From contig JAZTWW010000036.1 in NCBI GenBank assembly GCA_045636065.1, positions 5,404 through 69,403 of the forward strand: DNA of 64,000 nucleotides. Reading direction: 5' to 3'. The notes under the pieces are model-generated. The model was not told the origin of the DNA. It saw only the letters and a list, made by a program, of their open reading frames with translations, and searched no databases. Made by a program: the position numbers and the translations under genes. This document shows, one piece after another, positions 1-9,000 of the stretch. The DNA comes from Kiritimatiellia bacterium (GTDB taxonomy: Bacteria > Verrucomicrobiota > Kiritimatiellia > RFP12 > UBA1067). How positions within the stretch are numbered: position 1 is the first letter of the stretch; every line of letters starts with the position of its first letter.

Positions 1-70
1 CGCAGTGATCCGGAACATGTACGATTCTTTCATGCGGGAATTATACTATATACTGGGGAGTAATGCAAGC

Positions 71-220
71 GCCCATTCCAAGTCCATTCATTGGATTTAT
101 CACTTTTATCGCTTCTGCCCATTCACAGTCCATTCATTGGATTTATCGCTTTTATCGCGTTTATCCCTTTTATCCCTTCCCCTACGAATCCCCCTTCCCC
201 TACGAATCCCCCTTCCTCAT
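71..220 (+). repeat. intergenic repeat element, copy A: 46-nt unit tandemly duplicated (71-116, 117-162), TTTATCC tail, then 18-nt tandem repeat x2.3 (176-220)
   Basis: gcccattccaagtccattcattggatttatcacttttatcgcttct / gcccattcacagtccattcattggatttatcgcttttatcgcgttt, followed by cttcccctacgaatcccc x2. The unit recurs in inverse orientation at 49317-49362. Confidence 0.7.
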
Positions 221-747
221 TCGGTAAGCCAGACGATGTCGAAATCGGCGCCAGGGAGGAAGGATCCAAGAATGGCGGCCGCCTCGGCCTTGGCCTCGGC
301 GAGGAAGCGCTCGTGGCCGGCCTGGCGCTCGACGAGCGCCTGCGCCTTTGAAAGAAGCTCGCTTCTCGCGCGCATAAGTTTGGAGTCCTTCACGAACAGC
401 CCGGTGGAGGCGTCGTACTGGCGCGAGCGGGACATGTCCACCCTCGGGTGCGAGACTTTCGGAGGAGGCAGGGATATGACCGTCCGCCCGCCATCATCGC
501 TTTTTGAGATGCGCGAGAAATCTACGGTATAGATCGCATCGCCGACGATAAGGTAGTCGAGCCTCGTCTTGGACGTGCTGGCCGTAAGGCGCTCCGAGAC
601 GGACACGCAAAGTACGACAAGTTCGCCCATATCCTCGACGCCCTCGATGTCGAGCGTATGCTCCACCTTGGGCGCGGAGGCAAATATGCCCGTGTAGAGC
701 GCAAACACCCCTGCACCGGCAAGGAGAATGGAAAGAAGCCACTTCAT
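217..747 (-). CDS. membrane-anchored hypothetical protein (DUF4230-like); tandem paralog of the next gene
   Basis: N-terminal TM helix (LLSILLAGAGVFALYTGIF). Shares the ...ISL/ISV..PKVS..RVD...GLF... pattern with the ORF at 744-1436. The two ORFs overlap by 4 nt (ATGA). Confidence 0.4.
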   Translation of the reverse strand: MKWLLSILLAGAGVFALYTGIFASAPKVEHTLDIEGVEDMGELVVLCVSVSERLTASTSKTRLDYLIVGDAIYTVDFSRISKSDDGGRTVISLPPPKVSHPRVDMSRSRQYDASTGLFVKDSKLMRARSELLSKAQALVERQAGHERFLAEAKAEAAAILGSFLPGADFDIVWLTE

Positions 748-1436
748 TGCGCCTCCTTTCCGGCCCAGCCGAACGACCCGACCTTGTATCCCATCCTCGA
801 ATACATCGCCCCGAGAAGCGCCTCGGCGCGCCGCCGCGCGGCGTTCGCGACATCATCAGACGATGCAGCCGCCCTGATGCGCCTCTCGGCCTCTTCAAGG
901 ACGAGCGCGTGCATTTCGCCAACAGCCTTCTGCGACGTGAAAAGCCCCCTCTTCTGGTCGACGAGCTCCGTGGCGTCGCCGTCGACGCGCGCGCGGGAGA
1001 CCTTGGGCTGGGCAAGGCCCGAGACGGAGATCCTGCCGCCGCCGCCACCGGAAATCACCATGCCGGAGAGGTCCACGCCTATCAGAGCGTCGCCCTTTAC
1101 ATGGTATAGGGCCTTCACTCCGCCGGAATCGACCGACGCGAAATCTGATACGACAACCTTGAGAGGCGCAAGGCTCGATATGCGCCTTATCCGCTCCTGG
1201 ACAGGCTCATCCTCTTTGGAGACAAACGACAAGGCCGATCCCATCCAGGCACGGGAATACGCGACATGGAAAAAGGCCGCAACCGCAGCCACATTCAAGA
1301 TCCAAAGCAAGGGCGAGATTACGGGCAGGCGGAAGAACCGCCTTTTCCGCCGTTCGGGAGGACGCTGCCCGCCATTGGACGCGGGCTTCTCCACATCCTC
1401 GTCTACTGGGATGTCGTGTACGTCGTTGACTCCCAT
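744..1436 (-). CDS. membrane-anchored hypothetical protein (DUF4230-like paralog)
   Basis: TM segment (ISPLLWILNVAAVAAFF) followed by a region similar to the 217-747 product. The start is uncertain. Confidence 0.4.
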   Translation of the reverse strand: MGVNDVHDIPVDEDVEKPASNGGQRPPERRKRRFFRLPVISPLLWILNVAAVAAFFHVAYSRAWMGSALSFVSKEDEPVQERIRRISSLAPLKVVVSDFASVDSGGVKALYHVKGDALIGVDLSGMVISGGGGGRISVSGLAQPKVSRARVDGDATELVDQKRGLFTSQKAVGEMHALVLEEAERRIRAAASSDDVANAARRRAEALLGAMYSRMGYKVGSFGWAGKEAQ

Positions 1437-1663
1437 ACAAGCTCCTCCTCGTCCTCTATGCAGCCCCTGTCGACGAGAATCGCAACAAGCGCGATAAGCC
1501 CGGCCACCGCCACCGTCGCAAAGGCCTTCGCGAAAGCGGCCTTGAAGGAGGATCCCCGCACCTTTGGCGCCGCGGCGGCAGGCGCGGCGGCAAGAGCTTC
1601 AGCAGCCCCACCTGCGGCATCGCCCGTCTCGGCCGCGGGCCGTTGATCCGTTTCGCCTGCCAT
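1403..1663 (-). CDS. possible small membrane protein (or frameshifted N-terminus of the 744-1436 gene)
   Basis: Contains a TM-like stretch (ATVAVAGLIALVAILV). Overlaps the start region of the 744-1436 ORF in another frame. The ATG at 1663 lies 6 nt past the metK stop. Confidence 0.2.
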   Translation of the reverse strand: MAGETDQRPAAETGDAAGGAAEALAAAPAAAAPKVRGSSFKAAFAKAFATVAVAGLIALVAILVDRGCIEDEEELVWESTTYTTSQ

Positions 1664-1668
1664 AATGC

Positions 1669-2847
1669 CTACACCTCCGATTTGAGGGCATCGATCTTGT
1701 CCGTGCGCTCCCACGGGAAGATGTCGCGCCCGAAATGCCCGTATGACGCGCTCTGGCGGTAGTTCCAGCCGGAAGGATGCCTCAGGTCGAGTTCCTTTAT
1801 GATCGATCCGGGACGGAAATCGAAAACATTGCCGGATTTGAGTATGGCCTCAAGCCTTGCGTCGTCCACGCCGCGCGCGGTGCCGAACGTATCGACGCTG
1901 ACGCATATCGAAACGGGGGTGTCGATGCCAATGGCGTACGCCACCTGTATCTGGCACTTGCCGGCAAGGCCTGCGGCCACGATGTTCTTTGCCGCGTAGC
2001 GCGCATAGTATGCGGCGCTCCTGTCGACCTTCGAGGGATCCTTCCCCGAAAACGCGCCGCCGCCGTGCGCAGCCATGCCGCCGTATGTGTCGACGATTAT
2101 CTTGCGGCCCGTAAGCCCGGAGTCCCCGCATGGGCCGCCGACGACGAATTTTCCCGTTGGGTTGACGAAGAACCTCGTCCGCTCCGAAAGAAGCCCGGTG
2201 CCGCCGAGCACTTCACGGCATACATCGCGTATCGCACCGTATGTGGATTCGCACGCGCCCTCCTCGGTCGTCTGGTGCGACAGGACGACTGTATCTATCG
2301 CCACGGGGCGGTTGCCGTCGTAGACGACGCTGAGCTGGGCCTTGGCGTCGGGCCTGAGCATGGGCATGGCGCCGGAGTGGCGAAGCTCGGAAAAGCGGCG
2401 CATGAGCGCATGGCTCCACGCGAGAGGGAACGGCATGAGCGAAGGAGTCTCGTCCGTCGCGTAGCCGAACATCATGCCCTGGTCGCCTGCGCCCTGCATG
2501 GACTCGTCGCCCCTGTCGACGCCCTGTTTGATATCCGGGCTCTGGGCGTGGACGTTCGTAAGGTACCTGAAGGTGTCGTAGCTGAAGCTTTCGGCCGGAA
2601 CGTCATATCCGATATCCCTGACGACACCCCTTGCGATGGCCTCGGCGTCTATCGACTCGAAGCCCTTGCACGTGATCTCGCCCATGTTGACGACGAGATC
2701 GGGGCCGACCATCGTCTCGCACGCGACGCGCGCGGAATCGTCCGCCTTGAGGCATGCGTCGAGGATCGCGTCTGAGATCTGGTCGGCCACCTTGTCGGGA
2801 TGGCCTTCGCTCACTGATTCGGATGAGAATACGAACCTTTTCGACAT
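1669..2847 (-). CDS. metK: S-adenosylmethionine synthetase
   Basis: Full-length MetK-like sequence (GHPDKVADQISDAILDA..., GGGAFSGKDPSKVDRSAAY). Start placed at the internal ATG (MSKRF...) with a GAAGGAG RBS 7 nt upstream. The track ORF extends 18 codons upstream, probably from a non-ATG start. Confidence 0.95.
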   Translation of the reverse strand: MSKRFVFSSESVSEGHPDKVADQISDAILDACLKADDSARVACETMVGPDLVVNMGEITCKGFESIDAEAIARGVVRDIGYDVPAESFSYDTFRYLTNVHAQSPDIKQGVDRGDESMQGAGDQGMMFGYATDETPSLMPFPLAWSHALMRRFSELRHSGAMPMLRPDAKAQLSVVYDGNRPVAIDTVVLSHQTTEEGACESTYGAIRDVCREVLGGTGLLSERTRFFVNPTGKFVVGGPCGDSGLTGRKIIVDTYGGMAAHGGGAFSGKDPSKVDRSAAYYARYAAKNIVAAGLAGKCQIQVAYAIGIDTPVSICVSVDTFGTARGVDDARLEAILKSGNVFDFRPGSIIKELDLRHPSGWNYRQSASYGHFGRDIFPWERTDKIDALKSEV

Positions 2848-2889
2848 CTTGGACTCCTTCAAGACCGGAACCGCCTGCCCAGCTGAAGC

Positions 2890-2929
2890 AGACGGTTCCA
2901 ATCAACGACATTGATCTATGCAACCGTCT
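2890..2929 (-). terminator. intergenic stem-loop immediately after the fba stop (8-bp stem AGACGGTT/AACCGTCT with a nested 5-bp hairpin); no U-tract
   Basis: Perfect inverted repeat at 2890-2897 / 2922-2929 abutting the fba stop codon (2930-2932). Probably a processing or stability element or weak terminator in an fba-metK co-transcript. Confidence 0.3.
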
Positions 2930-3937
2930 TCAGCACTGGGCGAGCTTGCCGTCGGAACCGAGGACGTTGACGATCTTGTGGATGTACATCTTCTTCATGT
3001 TCTCGCGCGCAGGCGTGAGATACTGGCGCGGATCGAAGTGGCCGGGGTTCTCGGCGAAGTGCTTGCGGATCGCGGCCGTCATGGCGAGGCGGGAGTCGGA
3101 GTCGATGTTGATCTTGCAGACCGCGCTCTTGGAGGCCTCGCGAAGCTGCTCTTCGGGAATGCCGACCGCGTCGGGAAGCTTGCCGCCGTACTTGTTGATC
3201 GTGTCGACCTCGTCCTGCGGAACGGAGCTGGAGCCGTGGAGGACGATCGGGAAGCCGGGGAGCTTCTCCTCGATCTGGTGGAGAATGTCGAACGCGAGCG
3301 GCGGCGGAACGAGCTTGCCGGTCTTGGGATCGCGCATGCACTGCTCGGGCGTGAACTTGTAGGCGCCGTGGCTCGTGCCGATGGAGATGGCGAGCGAATC
3401 GCAGCCGGTGCGGGTAGAGAAGTCAATGACCTCCTCGGGCTTCGTGTAGTGGCTCTCCGCTGCGGAGACCTCATCCTCGACGCCGGCGAGAACGCCAAGC
3501 TCGGCCTCGACGGTGACGTCGTGGGCGTGGGCGTATTCAACAACCTTCTTCGTGAGGGCGATGTTCTCCTCATAGGGGAGGTGGGAGCCGTCGATCATCA
3601 CGCTGGAGAAGCCGGTGTCGATGCAGCTCTTGCAAGTCTCGAAGCTGTCACCATGGTCGAGATGGAGAACGATCTCGGGATGCTCGCAGCCGAGCTCCTT
3701 GGCGTAGGCTACAGCGCCCTCTGCCATGTACCTGAGAATCGTGGGGTTCGCATACTTGCGCGCACCCTTCGAGACCTGCATGATGACGGGGCTCTTCGTC
3801 TCGACCGCCGCCTGGATGATGGCCTGCATCTGCTCCATCGTGTTGAAGTTGAACGCGGGGATCGCATATCCGCCCTTGACGGCGCGTGCGAACATTTCGC
3901 GAGTGTTGACGAGTCCGAGCTCTTTGTAGCTTACCAT
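2930..3937 (-). CDS. fba: fructose-bisphosphate aldolase, class II
   Basis: Class II FBA sequence (LHLDHGDSFE, GTSHGAYKF, IVLHGSSSVPQ). Confidence 0.93.
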   Translation of the reverse strand: MVSYKELGLVNTREMFARAVKGGYAIPAFNFNTMEQMQAIIQAAVETKSPVIMQVSKGARKYANPTILRYMAEGAVAYAKELGCEHPEIVLHLDHGDSFETCKSCIDTGFSSVMIDGSHLPYEENIALTKKVVEYAHAHDVTVEAELGVLAGVEDEVSAAESHYTKPEEVIDFSTRTGCDSLAISIGTSHGAYKFTPEQCMRDPKTGKLVPPPLAFDILHQIEEKLPGFPIVLHGSSSVPQDEVDTINKYGGKLPDAVGIPEEQLREASKSAVCKINIDSDSRLAMTAAIRKHFAENPGHFDPRQYLTPARENMKKMYIHKIVNVLGSDGKLAQC

Positions 3938-3969
3938 TTTCTTGCCTTCCTTTTGTTTGGAAAATCGGA

Positions 3970-3990
3970 ATTGATATTATAGACTTTTTC
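3970..3990 (-). promoter_or_regulatory. putative -10 box (TATAAT at 3976-3981 on the minus strand) upstream of fba
   Basis: Minus strand reads gtcTATAATatc, about 35 nt upstream of the fba ATG, followed by an AAGGAAGG RBS. Confidence 0.4.
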
Positions 3991-4000
3991 CGCGTTGGAA

Positions 4001-4756
4001 TCAAGCGGAAATTTGCGCGCGCGCGAAGGCCGCCGCGACCGCGAGCGCGCTTACGACGTTGAGGGAGTTCTTGAGCCCGTGCGAAGGTATCTCCACCACT
4101 CCGTCCGCCATCGCAAGAACGTCGGGGTCGAGGCCGAAGCGCTCGTTGCCCACTATGAGCGCTGCCGGAAGCGACATTCTCCACTTCGCAACGTCAGTTG
4201 CCCCTTCGGCAGTCTCGAGCGCATACACCTTTACTCCCTCGGCCTTGAACGCGGCTATCCTTTCGCGGACGTCGGCGCAATGCTCCCATCCGACGGATTC
4301 GTCGGCTCCGAGGGCCGTCTTCTTCACCTGCGCGTTCTCCGGCGTAGGGGAGTATCCGCAAAGCACAACCTTCGAGGCTCCGAAGAAATCGGCCGTCCTG
4401 AATATTCCGCCCATGTTGAACGCGCTTCTCACGTTGTCGGCGACGATGTAGAGGGGGATCCTGTCCGCCTTGCCGGGCGTATCGACGCTTCTTATGCCCA
4501 TCTCGGCGTCGGTCACGCGCACCTTCCTGTCGAGGCGCTCAAGGGGAACGAGCGCCGCCTGGATGGAGCGCGCCCCCACGCCCGGCTGGACTAGATGCGC
4601 GAGGGACGCAAGATGCTTCTCTGGGCGCACCCTCAGGAAATCGAACGCTTCCTTGAGCCTTACGGACTCCTCATCCGTCCCAAGCGACGACTCTGCCGCC
4701 CTCACGAGCCTTAGCGCCTCGCGCCAGGCACCCCCCGGGATGTCTTCGCCCTGCAT
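4001..4756 (-). CDS. SpoU/TrmH-family RNA 2'-O-methyltransferase
   Basis: SpoU methylase C-terminal motifs (ALIVGNERFGL, EIPSHGLKNSLNVVSALAV). Start placed at an internal ATG (MQGEDIPGG). Confidence 0.8.
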   Translation of the reverse strand: MQGEDIPGGAWREALRLVRAAESSLGTDEESVRLKEAFDFLRVRPEKHLASLAHLVQPGVGARSIQAALVPLERLDRKVRVTDAEMGIRSVDTPGKADRIPLYIVADNVRSAFNMGGIFRTADFFGASKVVLCGYSPTPENAQVKKTALGADESVGWEHCADVRERIAAFKAEGVKVYALETAEGATDVAKWRMSLPAALIVGNERFGLDPDVLAMADGVVEIPSHGLKNSLNVVSALAVAAAFARAQISA

Positions 4757-4760
4757 GGCG

Positions 4761-6011
4761 TCACTCCGCTTCGGCGCGCGCAAAGATGCTCGCCGCGAGT
4801 TCGCGCAGGCTCTCGCCGCCCACATGCGGCACGGTGCTCGCCCATGCTATCTCACACTCTCGACCGTGCGTACCCTTGATCCTTGAATGGTCCTGGCTCG
4901 TTCTAGGAAGATACCATCTCTCGAGGAAGAGTTCGCACGGATCGTACCCGGGCTTGTTGTGGATATCTACGTGCGACGCCCAGTCCGGAGCCTCGCGCCT
5001 GTCGGTCCACCACGGGTACGCGCACCAGCTGCCCTCGCGCGAAACGAGGAGTATCTCTCCAGCAGAGCCGGCGGCCCAGTCCTGCGAGTCGCGGATCTCC
5101 ACCCTTTCGTATTCGCCGCTTGAGGAGAAGATCTTCGCCACCTCGGCGATGTCCCCCGGATCGCGGACGTAGACGTGCGCTATCTGATGGTCGCACATGG
5201 CGAACGCGCGGCTGCAGTTGAAATCGGGATACGCGGCATTCCCGACCATGCGCACCTTAAAGAGCCCCGCCTTCCTGAGCGCGAAGTTCGGGAATGAGGG
5301 AGCCTCCGTAACGGGCGCTATCCCGTAGTCGCCGATGACCGTGAACCCAGCCCCGGATTCCGCCGCGAATCTCTTGAGTTTCCTCAGCTGCCTTGCAAGC
5401 TCCCTCAAGGACGACCTCGCCTGGCGGCTGTCGGGCCCGTATCTCTGAAGATCGTAGTCGAGCGTAGGCAGATACAGAAACGCCGTGTCGACGTCATGCG
5501 CCGCCACCATCCCCTTGAAGCTCGCGATGCACTTGCGCCCCACCTTGGGCGAGGCGAACGGCCCCCAGTATCTGAAAAGCGGAAATTCCGCAAGCTCGCC
5601 AGCCGTCTCGGGCATCGTGTAGGAGGCCATCACCATGCCGCCGCCGTGCTTGTGTATGGGCGCGGGCGAGAAGACGGAATCGACGCTCTCGCCGAGGCTC
5701 TGCTGGAAGAAGTATAGCCCGACGGTTCCGCCCGAGGCGCGCTCCTTATCCCAGATGCGCGGCCCCGAAACGAGCGCGGAACTCTGCTCCCAGAACGATG
5801 GCCGGCGAAGTTCGCGCATGAATACGCCGTTGGAGGACATGCCGTTCTCCCTGACCTCGGCGGCCGTGCGCAGAACAGCCTGCGCAACGCACGTCACGGC
5901 CGGGAAGACGCCCTTCGCCGATCTGAAGGCCATGTCGTCCAGCCGGACGGCGCGCCGCCGCTTGAGCCATTCCCAGCCAAGCCCGGCGGCCATTACAACA
6001 AGGTGCTTCAT
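4761..6011 (-). CDS. alkaline-phosphatase-superfamily protein (type I phosphodiesterase / nucleotide pyrophosphatase-like)
   Basis: N-terminal MKHLVVMAAGLGWEWL and the overall pattern are typical of AP-superfamily metalloenzymes. Inference from motif resemblance only. Confidence 0.55.
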   Translation of the reverse strand: MKHLVVMAAGLGWEWLKRRRAVRLDDMAFRSAKGVFPAVTCVAQAVLRTAAEVRENGMSSNGVFMRELRRPSFWEQSSALVSGPRIWDKERASGGTVGLYFFQQSLGESVDSVFSPAPIHKHGGGMVMASYTMPETAGELAEFPLFRYWGPFASPKVGRKCIASFKGMVAAHDVDTAFLYLPTLDYDLQRYGPDSRQARSSLRELARQLRKLKRFAAESGAGFTVIGDYGIAPVTEAPSFPNFALRKAGLFKVRMVGNAAYPDFNCSRAFAMCDHQIAHVYVRDPGDIAEVAKIFSSSGEYERVEIRDSQDWAAGSAGEILLVSREGSWCAYPWWTDRREAPDWASHVDIHNKPGYDPCELFLERWYLPRTSQDHSRIKGTHGRECEIAWASTVPHVGGESLRELAASIFARAEAE

Positions 6012-6024
6012 CCCGCGCTCCGCC

Positions 6025-9000
6025 TCACTCCACTGAGAAGCGCGTCTCTGTCGAGGAAACGCCCTTCATGTCGGGGTCGTACATGTCCTCGACCGTCACG
6101 TCGGCCACAGCGAACGAGCCTGATGTGACGGCGCGGACCTTGTACTTGAGAGTGTAGTTCGTTCCGCTGTAGAGCGATCCGAACCAGATCCACCTGTCGT
6201 CGCGGATTTCGCTGTGGCCCCACGGCGTCACGCCGCCCTTGGATTCGCCGGCGCTGGAGGTGGCGCGCGTCTTGAGAGAGGAATCCTCTATCTCAAGCCC
6301 GCCGGGAAGGAGATCGCAGATGACGGCGTTCTCGATGTCGGCCGTAGAATTGCAGCTGATCTCGGCCGTAAGGAGATCGCCCTTGCGCGCGCTCGTCACG
6401 ATATCGCCGTTCTGGTTCCTGTAGATGCGCCTTACGGATATCGGCCAGTTCTTTGTTGCCGGGTTGCGCTCGACGCCGGTCCTGACGACCTTCACGAGGC
6501 GCACGGCCTCCTTGGGGAGCCTCACGCCTGCGGTGGCAAGGCCAAGGGCCGCCCACGCGTTGTCGCTCGTCGTGCCCCAGGCGCTTGAGTCCTTGCGGAC
6601 CATGAGGTTGAGCGCCGAAACGATCGGTGCGAGATCTTCGCCGCGCGAACCGGCCTTTGCAGCGATGTAGAGGGCGAAGCCCGCCGCCCTCGCCTTTCCG
6701 CCGTACTCGCCCATCCTCCACGCGCCGCTGCGCAGGGACTCGGCCAGAATCGCCTCGCCCTCGGCGGCGTAGCCGCCTCTTACGAGCGCCGCGGCGGCAA
6801 GGAACCTCGCCCTGTCGCTCTCCTTCGAGGCGAGGATGTTTCTCGCGGGCTGGAGGAACGATTCATCGCCCATCACGGCGAGGATGTATGTGGCATACGC
6901 CGCGTTGGCGCGCGCAGCAGAACCGCCCCTGTTTGCGATGCGCTTAAGCCACGTGTCGCTGCGCTCGACGGCGCTCTGGGGGAGCATCCCCGCGGCGACC
7001 GCTTCGGCGAAGAGGTGCTTCGCGAAAAGCGTACCCTCCGTCCAGGTGTCGTCGCCGTTGGGCCACATGGAGTAGCTGCCGTCGTACTGCTTCATGGAAA
7101 GGATGTTGGCATACGCCACCTCCATGCGCTTGGCGGCCTCCTCCAAGATGTTCGTGCCCTTTGCGAGCCCAAGCGCCTCGATCTCGCGCGCGGCGAGGAA
7201 CGGGAACGCCCTTGCGGCCGTCTGTTCGAGGCAGCCGTACGGATATCCCTCAAGCCAGTCCATTGCGCCGGAAAGCGTGGCGACGGGGGAGGTGAACTCC
7301 TCGATGCGCTCTTCGCCGTCGATCCAGTCGCGGTCGAGGGCGGGGAGAGGCGGATTCTCGCCGGGCGCGAGAAGGAAGTAGTAAACCTCCTCGACGGCCG
7401 GGCGCGGAGGCCTTGCAACGAACGTGTCGGACGAGTGCATCACCGTGCCGCCCATCTCGAACTCGGCATCGACCTTCATCTCGCCGATGAAATCGCCCGG
7501 GAGCTTCACCGGCAGCTCGACCGTGCACTGCGCGCCGTTCTCAAGAACGCCTTCGAACGTCTCGGCCTTGGAGCCGCACTTCATCGTGCACCTGTAAGCG
7601 CCAGCTGGAAGATCGTGGTTGAAGAGGGTCGCCTTGACGTTGAAGGAGTCGCCCGGGGCCGCAAAGTGCGGCGCAAGCGTCTCTACGCCGATCTTGCTGC
7701 GCACCTTAACGGGCCTTGACTTGCTGCCGACGGCTTCAGGCGAACTCGCGACGGCCATGACCCTCAATTCGCCGGAGAAATCCTCCGGAACGTCGAGCCT
7801 TACGGTGGCGGAACCGTCGGGGCCGACCTTGACCGGCGCAGAAACGAGCGCTACGGACGCGCGGGCCTTCGTCTTGCCGTCCTTCCTGAGACGGGATGCC
7901 AGGAGGGTGTCACCGCCGATCTCGCCGTTGGGGAGTATCTCCAGTTCAGGATAGACGAGCGAATAGAAGTCGAACGTGCCGTAGGGAAGCCCGTAGGCAA
8001 AGCCGTAGAAGTGTTCGTACGGGTCCGGGCTTTCGAAGCCGGTGAGCGAAAGGACGCCCTCATCCGTCGCCAGAATCTGGACCATCCCGCTCGCGAGGCC
8101 GCCGGCGGCGTCGAAGAGGGTTACGGCGACGTCGAGCGGTTTGCCGGGTTCGACCTTTTCGGGAACGGCAAGCCCGACTTTGAGCCTGTGCACCGCCGAC
8201 TGGTCGATTTCAAGCCGCGCGATGCCCGAGAGGCGCTTCATCTTCGGGGCGTTTTCGGTTACGAGCGTCACGGTGACGTAGTAGGCAGCCCCCTTGATGT
8301 CGGCAGGGATCTGAAGCGGAATCGTATTGAGGCCCTTTTCGACCTTCATCGAGAACGTCTCTTCAAGCCCCTTCCAGCCGGCGGCGATGTACGCACGGCC
8401 GGAGAAGCCGGTGCGGAACGTCACGGCGGCCCTCGATCCGGGCAGGTAGGACGAGGAGTCGCTTTCGAGCATGAGCGATGCGGGAGACTGGCTGCGCTCG
8501 CTTACATCGCCCTTCCAGTGCCAGAACTCCTTCTCCGTCACAAGCTTTCCGTCGGACGATGAAAGCGTCATCCGCCAGCAGCCGGAGGAAAGATCCTCCT
8601 CGCTCCACACAAGGCGTTGCGACCACGAATTGAGATCGGCCCCGGCAGGGACGGAAACGACCTTCGAAAGTTCCGGGTGAGCAATGGACTCCTCCACCCA
8701 CTCGACCCTTACGGACGAACCGTTCTTGACGTAGTGGTGGCGCCATTCCTTCTTTTCAAGCTTCACCTCGACGGTCATGCCGCCCGCCGCCGTGAACGGG
8801 GCGGAAGCTTCCGCCGGAGACTCCACGGAAAGAAGCCTCATATCGAACACCCTCGCGCGCTCGCCCGGGAAGGCGCTCCCCTCCCTGACGCCGATGAAGC
8901 GGTCGGTCGGGAACGTGACGACGCGGCTCCAGGCAGTTACGGTGCGTCCTGAAGGCGGAGTCACCTCGAACCTGTAGGCCGTCGATATCGGGATGTGGCA

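Noticed and set aside
61-220. oriC / DnaA-box cluster interpretation of the TTATCCC-containing 9-mer arrays
   Set aside because: The 9-mers match the DnaA box (TTATCCACA) only loosely. No dnaA/dnaN/gyrB genes are nearby. The gene orientation does not switch at either copy.
2848-2929. SAM-I riboswitch upstream of metK
   Set aside because: Only 82 nt of spacer, occupied by a simple nested hairpin. No room for the four-helix SAM-I architecture.
2918-3982. Long + strand ORFs antisense to well-supported minus-strand genes (e.g. 2918-3982, 12012-13769, 36805-38214, 39927-41708, 47922-49259, 53933-55195)
   Set aside because: Typical of high-GC DNA where the antisense frame lacks stops. They are arginine/alanine/proline-rich low-complexity translations with no motifs, and each is fully covered by a minus-strand gene with clear homology signatures.
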